Below are positions 34,565 to 48,289 of a stretch of DNA of 64,000 nt, one piece after another. The DNA comes from Dicyema japonicum (Eukaryota > Animalia > Dicyemida): assembly GCA_011109175.1 (NCBI GenBank), contig RDEW01000018.1:140895-204894 (forward strand), in the 5' to 3' direction. A model generated the notes under the pieces. The model saw nothing but the letters and a program-made list of their open reading frames with translations. It did no database searches and had not been told where the DNA came from. Position numbers and translations under genes: made by a program. How positions within the stretch are numbered: the stretch's first letter is position 1; each line of letters opens with the position of its first letter.

Positions 34565-36240
34565 AGTAATCCGGGAGAACTTGATCAGTTCTACGATGAA
34601 TTGGAGAGGACAATAACGGAACTTCAAAATTCACACCAAATTCTCGTTGCTAGAGACTGGAATGCGAAGGTAGGAGTCAGAAAAGGAGACGAGGCCTTTA
34701 TCGGTCTGCATGGAAAAGGAATCAACCACTTCCCTGCATCGATATTGGCTAATTTCTGCTGCATTTAGTCTTCTTTTATGCAACACTTGCTTTCAACACC
34801 ACGTTCGTCATAAAATACGTGGATTGGAAGAAGAACTTGTTCCGCGGGCAAAATAATCAACATCTTTAATCAAATGGACTATATGCCGCTCAGAAACAAA
34901 CGACTCCTATTATCTTGGAGGAGCGGAGACTAACAGTGACTACAAGATAGTCTCCGCTCGCTTTCTTATGAAAACTCCAAAACTGAACAGCTATGCGCAT
35001 TTGCACAGAAAAGGGAAATTATCAAATTTCCATTTAGACCATCGAAAACATTGATAAAGAAGTCCACCTTGAGGAATTTGGAGTGCCATTAAAGATGGAA
35101 TCTTCTGACGTGATGTCAATGAGTCAAGCACTACACAAAGACAAAACTTGCCACGATGTATCAAAACTAATAAAAGAACAGAGTTAAGACTACTCCTAGA
35201 AGACACACTGGATAACGAGAATGCCTGACTAATAAAGTCCAAACGGGCGTTTCTTCAGAACAGAATAAAGAGACTCGACAGGAAATACGACATAAACCAT
35301 GGGAAACAAAATTTGCTAAACTAGAAAAATCGATAAGCCCTACTAGAATGTACAATGGAATACATAGCAGCTTACTATGAAAACCTTCCAATTCTCACGG
35401 AGAAACATACGATTGTGTACACGGACATTCCACACAATCAGAAAAATCAATTACCTTTGAGGAAATCGTGAGGTAATCGCTTACAGTGCGTCTACTACTG
35501 AATACAACAGAAGGATTCCTCTGAATCTGTGAAATGATGAGTTCTCCTATCAAACACGAAGTTAAGAGTTCAAATTGGCAAAACTACGTCAAGAGAATTC
35601 CGGCATAATGTGGGTACTCCTCAAGGGGACTAACTCTTACCCTTGATCTTTGGCATATATTTGGATACCGTTCTTCGAAAATTTAATGAACTTAAACATA
35701 GAAGGATCCATTTATGCTGATGACGACTTCAATCGAAAGATGGATCAGCCCTTATAGCCTATTGGAAGTAGCTCACAATGAACTCAAAAATGATACCTAA
35801 CCATGAATGTCCGCAAAACGGAAATAGTAAACATCAGAATAGAAAGAAGATCGGCTGAAACAATGAGAAAGACCAATAAGTTTAGATCCTCAACTGAGGA
35901 CAATGTTCGATTAGCCAAGGAAGCCAAGGAAAATAAGCAGGAAAGCTTTATATAATGTCTACGGCACTGGTCCTTTGAGTCTCGAAATCACTAATTTGAG
36001 ATGGAGGCTATTCGGACATATGCTGAGATTGAAATGGATATCCTAGCTAATATAGCAATGAGGGAGTATTTGTTGAAACGATCATAGTTCTGTGGAAGCC
36101 CGCGAATCACTCTTACTGGGGTACTAGATTTGATCTCAAGTATGCCAAAAGGGCAATAGAATTTGGAGAACATATGGACGACTTGAGAGAGGTTGCGCAT
36201 GACAGCTGAACGTGGACTTAATTAGTTAGTTTGATAGTTT
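34565..36240 (+). mobile_element. Highly degenerate RTE LINE
   Basis: DWNAKVG, FNQMDY, GTPQG...L, YADD and RTE C-terminal remnants, many stops. Ends in an (ttag)n tail. Confidence 0.7.
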
Positions 36241-36966
36241 CTATTTCGCATGTGTGAAGCTACAACAGTTATAGTTTTCGCAATTTGCTCCAATAATATT
36301 CAAAAAGTTAAAATTCTGGGCAATGTCAAAATTTGTCAAAATTAAATTATCTGACAGATAATTGACGACGTGCTAAGGGATTCTGCTATAGATCGCTGTT
36401 ATTTTCTACAAGATACGAAGAGAAAATTTTGTTGAATTCGGGTATCCACCAGAAGTTATTCTGACAAGAGGGGAAGTTGGATAGAAACTGCGCTACTAGC
36501 TACTATTTGTATCAGTCTCATCCATGATCCCTTCTTTTTCTCATGTTCTCTTAGTTTATCGAGATCGTCGGCCGTTTTTAGTTTTTTTAAGTATTTCACA
36601 ATAGAGGATGCTGTTGAACACATTAGAAACTGTATTTCGGGGAGGTTTGTGTGAAATAGAAGAAGTATCTGGAATCGAGATTTATCAATAAGGTTCTTTC
36701 TATCACAAAAATAGAAAAACAACATTTTTTCACAGATAGCTCTGAAAAAGTGCCTACTACACCATTGCCTGTTTTAGAGAAGTTTTTCTTATTGGGAATC
36801 TCTCTAAAGACAAATTTTAACCCGAAAACATTTTGAATTACATTATTCTATATTTTAATAAAGATTTTGATTAGTTTTTATAGTAAAATTTTTTTTGTAG
36901 ATAAATTCGTCATAAAGTCAAAATAGCTCAGAATTTTGGATTTATGAAGTCAAAAAATCGCTCTAA
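36240..36966 (+). mobile_element. Second hAT 3' remnant related to 33780-34558
   Basis: Shared sequence (attacattattct...taaagattttgattag...cataaagtcaaa) and similar terminus cgctcta. Confidence 0.65.
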
Positions 36967-37546
36967 TTATGACATTGTTGCTGATAGTGCGATAAATTAT
37001 CGACAGAGGGAAATTTTTTCATGGGGGTAATACAAAAAAAGTCGAGGAACACTTATTAGAAAATCACTAAATTTACCAAAACCAAAGAGTTGTGATTAGT
37101 CGATGAAGAATAGGCTGAATAAGCTAGAAGAACGGTTGAAGCTAGTAAAGACTATCAGGAATAAGACAGGGAAGTAGAAATTTGCTGAAAAACATTGAAT
37201 ACTCGTTGTTCATGTGGATTTAAAATGGGGATCAAGGAAGAGCTTTAGAAATACAGTAAAGTTTTTTACAGAAATGTTATGGGGATCAAAAATGTGATTA
37301 AAATTTCACATGGGAAAAGTGGACGAGGGAAAAAGTAGCTTCTCATTGAATAGGAGTATGAAGGGATCAGAGAACCCATACACCGATTTTAGCAAATCCA
37401 TTCTTGACAATCTTAAAAGTCTCTAAGGCAAGTGGGTTTGAAAACATATATGGTGACTCTATTGGGTATTAAGAGATGTTAACAATTGCAATCAATGTAT
37501 CAACCGACAGAATCCCCACTGATTGAGGGACAGAATAGCCTTAAAC

Positions 37547-38689
37547 CAGGGGTGTCAAACTCATTTCCCTTCGCATTTATAATAATTTTTCATCAAGGGA
37601 ATATTAGTTCAGATATATTATTTAAGAATATATTTATTTATTATAATGAATAACAAAAAATAAAAAAATTATTTAATCACCACCCTTTAATTTTGATATG
37701 AGTTAATTCTAGAAGATTGACACCTTTTTTGGATACAATTTTTGATTTGCTGGGCTCAGCTATTTGTGTAGTTCCGACTTTTATTAAAGCGGATAAATGC
37801 TTATCAGTGAGTCTTTTTCTTTGAGCAGTTTTTGTCAATTTCAAATTAACAATGCTGTTCACACACATATGCCGAACCAAACATATGTTATGTTATCCAA
37901 ATTAAGTCGTGTCCGACCCTTGGAGATCTCATGAGCCAATTTTCTCCACTCTCCCCTATTCGTCGCAAATTCGAGTAGCCTTGATATAGGCATTCCCGTG
38001 ACGTCTTCTACCGTGGATAGCCCCGAGTCCTCGGTATACCAGGTCTTCTCTTCCCAGTAATAATGCTTAGCATAATGGCTCTTTCTAGGGAATCAGAGCG
38101 GACAATATCCCCTAGAACGCCAATCTGTGTTTTACGATTCTTCATTCTAGCGAAATGTCCGTCTCCACCCGTTTAAGTACATCGAACCAAACAGCAATGA
38201 TTTTTGTAATCTGTTCGGTGACAGTGTTTCTGGTTAATGAAATATCTTTAAACAGGTGGGCGTTGTATGGACAAATATTTTTTGCTGTTTTTACGAGGCA
38301 TTGTTTGATGAAATCACCATCGAAATATGATTTTCCATTCATTGCAAGCATTCTGCTTGTTTTATACCTTGTAGTACTTCGATCATGATTTTTGTGATAT
38401 GCGTCTGTAATTGGACATAGCGATAAACTGGTTGCATATCAAACAATATATTTTTCCATCAACCATTGTCCAAAAATAGACAAGTTCTCAATTATTTTGA
38501 ATCATTCACCGTTCATTGTTCTAACACCGTCCCTTAGTTCTAGAAAAAGCACGTGACATTAACAAATAAGATTTTTAAATACTGAAAAAAAATTAATTAA
38601 ATTTAAAAAAATAACAAAATAATTTTTTTTGTTTTATAACAATTAAATCTTATCCTTGTAAAGGTCCGCATGCGTGTTTGACACTCCTG
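37547..38689 (-). mobile_element. Complete non-autonomous hAT (SPIN-like) element with 8-bp TSD
   Basis: TIRs caggggtgtcaaac / gtttgacactcctg. TSD ccttaaac at 37539-37546 and 38690-38697. Transposase remnants (FIKQCL...SLTRNTV; RLTDKHL). Confidence 0.92.
37885..38190 (-). mobile_element. BovB-like RTE 3' fragment nested in the hAT element
   Basis: DVLKRVETDI...SLERAIML...GKRRPG, same family as 4430-4600. Confidence 0.6.
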
Positions 38690-38824
38690 CCTTAAACAAT
38701 CCAAATGGAGTACTTTTTCAAACATTTGCTATATTCTAGCACATCACGATAGATTTTACTAAAAACCACGTGACCTACTCAAAAACTAATTGAAGGAAAA
38801 CAAATAAAAAGAAGTATTTAAAAG

Positions 38825-39303
38825 TCAGAATGCCAATTTCTTGATAAGCATATAAACTTTCAGGTCATTGTGGAAGTAATGAAGGCTGTTATCGTCAGCA
38901 GATATTCTCATTAAAAGTCCTCCGAAGGAGATGTAGACAGAACTGCATAAAACAGATTTATACAGTTTGGGGGAAGCGGATTTCTCTTGCATTTCAATGC
39001 GGTACACTCTCCCATACATCACGTATTCGTAGGCATCAGCACGTGAGTTAGCAGGCAACGAACTGTAATCAGCTTTATGTAGAAGTCCATCCTCTCTGAG
39101 GGTGGATGCAAGCAGGAGTCGAAATTTGTTGCCGAGTTCTAGGGGGTACAGCTGAGTGTTGATGTCCACAAGTAAGTCTGACTTGAAGGACTCACTCTCA
39201 CACCTATACCGAGTTACTGAGATTATAAAATAGTAATACCGTTGTCAAACTTCTTTGGGTGTACTTCTGTAATGTCGAAAATATCTTCGTACAACGACCC
39301 CAT
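38825..39303 (-). CDS. POLR2H: RNA polymerases I/II/III subunit RPB8, 3 exons
   Basis: LYEDIFDI, KKFDNVTR, DINTQLYPL, RADAYEYVMYGRVYRIE, SVYISFGGLLM. Introns 23 and 21 nt (the latter is in frame, so the ORF track reads through it). Confidence 0.96.
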
Positions 39304-39384
39304 AAGAACGAGTTTTGTTATTTAAATATTCTATTACTTATTTAATAAAAAATAATATTTTCATATATAATTATTAAATCTCTC

Positions 39385-41630
39385 TGGTTGAGCTGGTGAC
39401 GTGGATCTTGAACTCAATGTCTGGAAAACACAGCATCAAGCCATTAGACTTCTCACGTTTAACGTCAGGGGACTCTCTAACGTTTGAAACGGAAGGAACT
39501 GGTCGAGGATCTTTCAAAGTCAAGATTTCAATCGCCTGTTTTTAGAAAACTAAACTAATCAACAGGATCGAAGAACAACATGGGAACTTTTTACTAATCT
39601 TCCTTCCAGATGGAAACAAGCACTATGGGCTAGGATTTGCCGTTAGGAATGATCTATACAAGAGAGTCTGCCGCTATTACAGCGTGAATGGTAGAATCGG
39701 GGTGTTGCAATTGAAACTGGGTGACCTCAACCTGTCGAAAAAATATCTAACCTTAATAAACGTTTACGCTTCTCACAGTGGATGGCTTAATAAAATCCCT
39801 GAGGAGATTGATGACTTCTACAACAGTCTTTCTGCCGTCTTTTCCAATTATGCTCTCTCAACATTAGTAATGATCGCAGGAGACCTAAATGCGAAAGCTG
39901 GCACCCAAGTTACAACTGATGAGACATTCATGGGAAGGCACGGTAGGGGGAAAAGAAATCTCCCTCTCAAGGACAACGCTAAATTCTACGAGGCTGTCAA
40001 ACAGATAAAAAGAAAGAGACTCCGTAAACCGATAATGACAAAGGAACGCAGATTGTGGACCAAAGGGAAGTGGCGGAAATTATCGCTGCCCACTTTGAAA
40101 ACTTTTCAATCCTAGAACGAGGAAAATTCACACCATATGAAGTTGAACTTGCGAGTTCCAAGTTGAAAAACAACAGGATTCCTGGTTCCGACGGATTTTG
40201 TGGTGAATTCTTCAAATATGGAACCCAAAAGCTGTATGAATACATCGCTAGGATCATGAATGAAATGTACTATTATGGTCACACGCTGACCCTGGGAGAG
40301 GGTATCTTGATACCTGTACAGAAGGCGAATAAACCAAGAGCTAAGGTGGAGAACCACTTAGGAAAATTCTGAATTCACTTAGGAAAATTCTAGCGAACAT
40401 AACATTTCAAAGGATGGAAGGACCCTAGATACTTTTCTGTCGCTATACCACAGCGGATTCTGAAAAGGAAGATCTACTTCCGATGTTTTGTGGTCCCACA
40501 AGTGGAGATCTGTGGCCGTTCAAAAGTTCAAAATGTTTACAAACATCCTCGGAATCGACATTTCGATGGCCTTCGACTCTGGAGGCTAATACTGGTTTTG
40601 GGGAGTTTCCTAGACGCTTCCACTGTCAGAATGACCACCACCCTCCTAGCTGATACTTGGCTCGCTGTTAGAGTCCGGGGAGCCTTGTCTCGTCGATTTG
40701 AGACGACTGTTAGCACTCTACAGGGAGACCCCTAATCACCTATTCTTTTTGTCATATACCTTGAAGCTGTTCTGCAGGAATCAAAACCGATAATGGGTGA
40801 AAAGACAAACATTATTGCGTATGCTGACGACGTAGACTTTATTTCAAATGACAAAATATCGCTCAACCCCTTGTTGGAAGAAGTGCCTGGAAGACAAGCC
40901 GAATGGTTCCTAACAGTAAATCCGAACAAGAATGAGGTAACTAAACTCAAGAGGGAAGAAACAAGGACGGAGGAGCACTGCCGCAGTGCAAAAAACTTGG
41001 CTCCTTCCTAGGATACCATGAAGACATTACAAAAAGGAAAACCTTAGCACAAACTGCCCTCTCCAGACTGAAGAACACCTGGCTCCACAAAAAAGGCCTT
41101 GACATTATAACGAAAACTCGATTATAAAACTCGCTAGTGAAACCCATACTACTGTATAACGCTGGTACCTTGGCCTGCTCAAGAAATGAACTGAAGAGGC
41201 TTAATGAGTTTCATAGAGACCAACTACGGAATATGATGTTCGAAAGAAGTGCTACGAGGATGTCATCCAATCTTCTTTATAAAAGGACGAAGACCTCAGA
41301 AATTTATAATGAAATTCTGGATACACGATGGAGGCTTTTCGGCCATATTCTGCGACTGGACCTAGATTCCCCCGCGAAAGTAGCCATGGAGTATTACTTC
41401 ATGTTGGAAGCCCCCCGTTTCCGTGGTCACCCAAGGACGACACTGCCAGTCGTTCTCGACGAGAACCTCAAAGAAATCGGACGGCATCTTAGAAGTGGAG
41501 AGGATCTTGACTAGTTACGCACTGCGGCTTTGAATAGGAAGAAGTGGATGAAATTAACTAGTGATTTGCTAACTCGTGTTTCACATGCTTTGTCAAGTCC
41601 TATGATATAGCGATAACTGCTAATAATAAA
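39385..41630 (+). mobile_element. Near full-length degenerate RTE LINE
   Basis: 5' motif tggttgagctggtgacgtgg, HYGLGFAV, GDLNAKAG, AYADDVD, KPILLYNAGT, RWRLFGHILR and TAA tail. Confidence 0.9.
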
Positions 41631-41737
41631 TCTACGGACGACAACATTTACCAAGCTACTCAGGTGGAAGTAATAACAGTTAGCTTTTTTAGCAAAGCAC
41701 GAAATCTTATGGATACGAATCCAGAATGGGTTATTAC

Positions 41738-43635
41738 TAGGGCAAGTTGTTTCTAGCAGTTAAAAAAATTTTTTTAGCGCTAAAAAATCACAAAATCTAG
41801 CAATTATAATTATAAAAATTAGCACTTAAAATGATAAAATCTAGCATTTAAAATTGTAAAATCTATAACTTAAAATAATAAAATATAACATTTAAATTTT
41901 ATTTATTGTAATATAATAAAAGTAATGCTTGATATTGTCTGGATAGAAGTTCCTATCCTTTTTTAAAATATTTTTAGCATTTTAATAGCTTTTTCAACAG
42001 ATGCAGAGGATGCCTGACAGCGTGTAAGAGAAAAATAATCTTGTTGGCTAATTTTTGGTTCAGTCATTTCAATAATAGGTTTAAATCCATTTGCCTCCAT
42101 TCTTTTATTTATATAATTTTTGATATTTGCCTTGTCATTATCAAAATGTAGTCCTTGTATATCATAATATGCCCGATTGATTGAGTAGTCACAACACTCC
42201 GAAAGTTTAAGAAGATCTACTATTTGCGAATAATTTAATATGATTTCCGTTAATTGAAACTTAATATCCGGATTGTTGACATATGTTTAGCATTTGATAC
42301 TAAAACTCCATCTGACTGAAATGCGTTAACAATTTCAAAAATTATTTCAAAATTCATGAAATAATATTTCACTGCTTGAAACCAACTTCCCCATCTGCAT
42401 AAATTAACCAAAAGAATACCTAGTAACTACCACATCAGGTGGGTATCCAACATCCTTGAACAAATTACGACGTTTTCGGTTTTTTAGTGTAGCAGCTTTA
42501 ATGCTTGCAATTAAGCCATCTATTTCCGGATATGCACACTTTATACGTAAAATCGTATTGTGTAACAAATGAGAAACACACGTCACATGATGCATGTTGT
42601 TATACATGACCATTAATGTTTTACCACCTATTTATTTAAATAAATTTATATCACCAGAAATCATATAAGGAGCGGCATCTGAAATTAGTAGATAAAAATT
42701 GTCACGAATAATCTTCATTTCTCTAATGACGTCATCTATTAATTGGCAGATGATAGCAGCAGTGGCATGATTTTCCAGTGTTTTGCATTCAACCAAATAG
42801 GATTTTGTTGGAAAGCGAATGCTCCCAATTAGAATCACTACAAAACTTTTCCTTCGGATATCTGTTTCATCAATTATTATAAAAATCTTTTCGTTTCTAA
42901 AAGTTAAAAATAAATTTTAATACGTTAATAATTTTGTCAACTCATTTATCTTTTTTTCTGCAAGAAATTTGACCGTAGTTCTGCATGAAAATTCTGATGG
43001 AGTATTAATTTTAAATGTTTTAAACATTTTTTTGATGGAATCGTTATTTAATTTGTATAGCGGGATGTTTGCTTGTACAAAAGCTTCCGTGATCGTTTCA
43101 TTAACAGAATCTACTTGGATTGATTCAGTTAATGTTGTTTGAACCGAATCACATGAATGACCTACAATTGTATTAACAAATTTATACGCATATTGTTCTG
43201 ATGTTTTAAAGAAGAACGATGAGAATCGACTAAAAATTTTTTTGAACAGTTGACTTTGGATAAACAAAGAGAACAAAATAGAAGGCCATCGTCAGCAATA
43301 CAGAACTCATCTTTGAATTCTGAGACTATACGCTTAGCTTTCTTAAGCAACGAACACTTGGGTTTTGGCATCACTAAAAATACTATATAACGTGCTAAAT
43401 TATTTTATTTAAATTATTTTATTTCATTTTATGGGTAATATTAAAATGATTTTTTAAATGCAATTTAAATTAGCATTTAAAAAAAAGTTAGCATTTAAAA
43501 TTAAAAAAAGCACTTATAGCATTTATAATGTATGTTCTTTTTTAACAAAATTAAAAAATAATTATTCCAAATTCAATTTTATATTAAAATAAGTATAAAA
43601 AATAAAAATAGCATTTTAGCACTTAAATTGCCCTA
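41738..43635 (-). mobile_element. Complete hAT transposon (CGGBP1-like zinc finger + DUF659-type transposase), frameshifted
   Basis: TIR tagggcaa / ttgcccta. TSD gttattac at 41730-41737 and 43636-43643. LFCSLC..KVNC...H...LKH, IDETD, LISDAAPYM, HVTCVSHLLH. Confidence 0.92.
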
Positions 43636-43810
43636 GTTATTACCAAGTCACTTGGATTTTTAATGGCAAATTTTATTTGACATCCGTCTCTGTAAGTGGT
43701 GTGACTAAGTCTATGTACCTTCAATCTGCATTTACCCTTCTAGGGCAAGGTCTATGAGCGATTGAGTTGGGAGTCGAATCCCGAATCTTCAACGTTGTCC
43801 TCTTCATCAT

Positions 43811-44065
43811 TTAGTTGTGGCAAATTAAGAGTACATAACTTCTCAAAGTGCTAGATAAATATATAACTTCCAATAAAGGCATGTATTCAACCGGAAGTGA
43901 TGAAGAAAATACTAAAAGTATTCTGAAGTAAAAATCGGAGGGGGGTTTTATCTCAGGGACATCATCATTTGGAGATGACGACCCAGTTTGGTAAAAATAT
44001 TTACGATATTCCTCAGCTAATTCTGTGATATCCATGAAGTCTTTCAATATTCTCCGGATCCCCAA
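43811..44065 (-). CDS. Unidentified ORF, possibly part of a host gene disrupted by the adjacent hAT
   Basis: 84-aa ORF with no recognisable motif. Open reading resumes across the hAT insertion site. Confidence 0.2.
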   Translation of the reverse strand: MGIRRILKDFMDITELAEEYRKYFYQTGSSSPNDDVPEIKPPSDFYFRILLVFSSSLPVEYMPLLEVIYLSSTLRSYVLLICHN

Positions 44066-44099
44066 TCACTATGTGTGCAATGAGGAGATCTATCGCGAA

Positions 44100-45100
44100 A
44101 AACAGCAAGTATTCGAAGGGACTCTGGTGTCTGATTGACGTGGATACATCATTATTTTTCTTAAAGAGCAGCCTCAACGTACAGGCTTGCATATGTCCTG
44201 AGGACTGCCTCCTTCACCCTATGCGACAAACTTGTACAAATTAAAGGGATCTTCCGTTCAACATCAAAGCGTATCTTCAATGTCCTGTTTGAAGAAACTT
44301 AGTGGGAACAGGCCACGTTGCTGGTCAGATTTGGATGGCTTGGAATTCACAGTTCTATAGACATTTCTCTCCCTTAATATCTCTTGTCACTAATGGCCTG
44401 TGATATTATTGTCAAGAGGATTCTACACTCCCTCCCCGCAATTCTCTACCGATCAGGAGTCAGTCATGCTCGTGAAGGCCTGGAACCGTACCTACTTGTT
44501 TTTTCCACCTTCCTTTAACTCTCAGTGGGATCTGGACGATGCCGTATACAGTAAGTCATTTGAAGATATACTGGTTTCATTTAACCGACACCTCCGTGCT
44601 TGTTCGCTGTCGGGGGCATCTTCCGACAGTGGAACCTGGCTCGACGCCATTCCTAGTGAAGGTTTGGGAACCTTTCTGAATGATGAATGCATTCGTATTG
44701 GGATCTCATTATTAAGTCTGTGTGCCGAATCCACGCAGAGTAGCATTTCTGTTGATCTCCTAGACACATGGCCTTGGACGAAGTCTTTAGAAGTGCTTTG
44801 GACGCTGTCGGACACCCTTCTATTCTCGAACCAGTCAACCTTTGCAGACGTGACGGGAAACGACCCTGATCATCTTCTCCTTTGAAGCTGGGACGTCATC
44901 TGCACCACACATTTGCCACTAGCATCCTAAATCAGAGTACTTCTAGAGCCTGCTCTGCTGGCAAGAAGGTTGAGAGATCAAAACGTGCAGCATACGCAGT
45001 CTTAACAGAAGATGTTTTGTTTGTTCCTCTCGTAGGTAAAAAATTCAGTTCCCTGCACCCCCGAATTACTGGATCGTCTAGGGAATCTGATTTCTACACG
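44100..45100 (+). mobile_element. CRE-like non-LTR element remnant (REL endonuclease end)
   Basis: DSGTWLDAIPSEGLGTFLNDECIRIGI, then PD...WDVICTTFATS...KVERSKRAAY. Confidence 0.65.
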
Positions 45101-45899
45101 CACTAGAGATTTCCAAGAAAACATGGTTCGAAGAAAATCTCATTGAATATCTTACATCCCTACCACACGTCCTTAAGTCCTTACAATACGATTGAGGATG
45201 TCCTCCGGACTAACTCTGGTGCTTCTGTTTAGTTTTGAGCATTCTGCTCTTAGATTTCTCGAGATTGTCGTAGAAAGGGTTATCTCGTTGTTACCATATT
45301 AACAACATCTGTTATTTTGTGGAAGGAATTCACTTTCATGAGTACTCCCCACTTGTTTTAAAACGAAGAGAACTGTCGTTCGAAGTTATTCGAAGTTGGA
45401 ACCCGTGCTGCCTCAAGGCGTTATATTCAAGAGGATCGCGACCATTTAGATTTGGTGGAATTCACTGCTCTACCGATGTTTCTCGCTAGTGGCTTCCGAT
45501 ATGTTGGTCAGGAGGATGGTAAACTCCCTTCCCGACTTCTTAGTCGACCTGGACGTCGACCATGTACGGGAGACTTGGAACTGTCTTCGTTTTATCCTCT
45601 TTCTATCCTGAGATTCCAACGTGGAGAATGTTTTTTGTCTGAGTTTTTCAAAAATCTCTTAAAGCCATCAAACCAGCGCCCCCATGCCTTCCTGTTGTCC
45701 CAGCTGGCTTAACTACATCTCAAGCGGAGTACCGGGAGCCGTTCTGAACGACTTGTTCTTTAAAATTGGAGTTTCGTTAGACATATTGAACCACGTGACG
45801 GATTTGGCATGCAGTACTTTCCGAAGTGATCGGATGGATCACCGACAATTAAAAGGGAATACGTGGCCGTCAGGTGATCTCGCCTTCCTTAAGTAGTCG

Positions 45900-46300
45900 T
45901 CCCATCTTTGCTTGGTGTTCATCCAGAAAACTTACGCACTTCCTATATGCACAAAGCACTTTTGGGAATTTAGAAGTGTCAATAGGGCTCGCATTCTCCT
46001 CACAAGTTCTTTGAAAGGAATTTTTCTTAGCTGCGACAAAAAGAATCTTTGTAGGGCCACAGTGACTGTTGTTTGAATAACATTAATTTCTTTAGATTTG
46101 TATTCGACAGGTTTGTCCCCATGCAGCACGTCCATAGCATTGAGTAAACCAGCTTTTGTAGTGTAAAAGAAGTGTTTTTACAAAATTTAATTTCGCTGAG
46201 AAGATGATATGAGGTTGTTAGCACGATTTTGAATGTCATGAGTGGGTCTTTAGTGATACCAAGTAACTTGACAGAGTTTGTGGATGGGTTAGATCTCAAT
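45900..46300 (-). mobile_element. LINE RT thumb remnant
   Basis: NSVKLLGITKDPLMTF motif in ORF 46027..46299. Confidence 0.45.
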
Positions 46301-46899
46301 TAAAAGTTTAGAGAGAGATTTTGTTACTCTGAAGCAAATATCATATTAACACGAAAAGAAATAGCCAATTGGATAAACAGTCGATTGGTAGAACGGCTCA
46401 TATGCCTGATCCTATATATAAAGAAAAGGGTGTCAGGATCCCATAAAAGGAAAAAGGGATTTATTTTATCAATGATAAATTATTTTTTAAACAAAATAAC
46501 TATATTCACTAATGGTACTTCCGATCGCTTGTTGTCGATTGACATGATCTACCAATATTATGTGAGCGCTTTGATATTTCTGCAATTATTTTGTACCTAA
46601 CATTTTTTATCTCGTGTTCTGAATCTAGATAGACTTTTGGTTTCAGTGTTAGTAAATATTTTTTATTTTTTTTTGATTGTGAAAAATTTATTAAAGTAAA
46701 TATTTAATTAATTTTTTAAATAAAATAAACTTTTTTAATTAAATCAGCTGATTAAACTGATATTAAAATCTCAATTCAGATGTATGAGCAAAGACACGTG
46801 GGAATCAGAGGAAAAATGAATTCCTCTCAATATGCTCATTCATGTTTTTTGGAACTCCAATTTTTTAATTCAACAAAAATTGATAATCATTCAGTAACT

Positions 46900-48040
46900 A
46901 CTCTCATGTTTAAACCAATTTCTTAGTATCTCTCACCGTTAAATAGCGACAAAACAAATTCATAATATTTTAAATGATTTGAAGTTTGGCTCGAACATGA
47001 TTCGGACCCTCCATCGATGATAGATAAAATGTTAGTTACCTCAGCTTCACTAACAAGTAGGAGGCAGTTTGCTTTCATAATTCCAGTCGCAGAAGTCGGG
47101 TACCTTATAAATCTCTGTGCGCTGGGACATAAGAAAATTTTTTTAAGAAGTCCAGGGGTAATTTTATTGATTGCTTTAAGTAGATTGGGCTTCGTATGCA
47201 CAAATCTCACGATCCACTTCTTCACGTCATTTTCAAAACATTCTGTTTCATGACGTTGCTGGCACGATCCTCTAAAACTCAGAGGTAGAGACAGCCTTCA
47301 TGTCCATCGAACAATTTTACATCTTCATACACTCCAGATTATTTTTATTTTTATTATAAATTCCACTTGCCATATATTGCCGTACAATATCTCTCGCGGT
47401 TGAAATGTCTGGTTCCCTTGCGCTTGCGACGATGGAATTCCTAAGTCGTCTCGGATTTTTACAAGAACAGGAGATCCTCGTGAGAGCTGCTGGCTATCAA
47501 CTTCATCTTGTCGTATATTAAAATGTCAACTATGTTCTTGTTGCTGTCATATCTAAGGCCTACGAAAGATATTCTTGAGACGATGCGTATAAACGTGTAG
47601 TTACTTCCAGAAATCTGTTTTTTTTGTTTCTTCCTTTCGCACTTCTGGAGGATTCTTTTAAATGTGCACTTGGCTTCCAAAGTCTAGCTTTTTGTTTCCT
47701 TTTTCCGCACTCCTGGCTGGATTAATTAGCATAACTGTTATTTACTTCTTAAGGTACGAATTCTCCTTAAAATGAGATGGGTAATGGAAACATTACAACT
47801 CCCCGGCGGAATAGCAGAAGACGCGAACCCTGATTTTTCCTTTCTTAAGAATTTCTAACATCCGATGATTCCTGAGTCCACCTCCTCGTTCAAGAGGAAA
47901 AAAGATAATAGGGTTCATCCACCATGAAGATAAGCAGACATTTCGTGCAATAGAGGTACATCATCAGCTCATCTTCTGTCAAATTATCCACTTGACTAGC
48001 TAAAAAAGGAGTTTCTTTGTCGTTTTTTCATCACATATTA
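46900..48040 (-). CDS. Unidentified multi-exon host gene candidate
   Basis: Successive open segments (DELMMYLYC..., QDEVDSQQLSRG...IWQ, YEDVKLFDGH, KKWIVRFVHTKPNLL...) separated by short GT-AG stretches. No family recognised and exon structure unresolved. Confidence 0.35.
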
Positions 48041-48289
48041 CCGACTAAGCATTAAAACTGTGTATTAACCTTGAAATTAAGATCATACAGGCACTAATGA
48101 GGATCTTTGGAAATAAGCAAACGTCACCTCAGACGTTCCTCGATTCAATTACGGCAAGAAATTAGTCTTCTTCCCTCCTGTCGAAGATCTCCAAATTAAA
48201 TTATAAACCCAGTTTCGCTTATATGCAGGAAACTGGCAACCATAAAAAAACGGCCGCTAAGAAAGAACGCTCCCGGAGATCCATTACTT

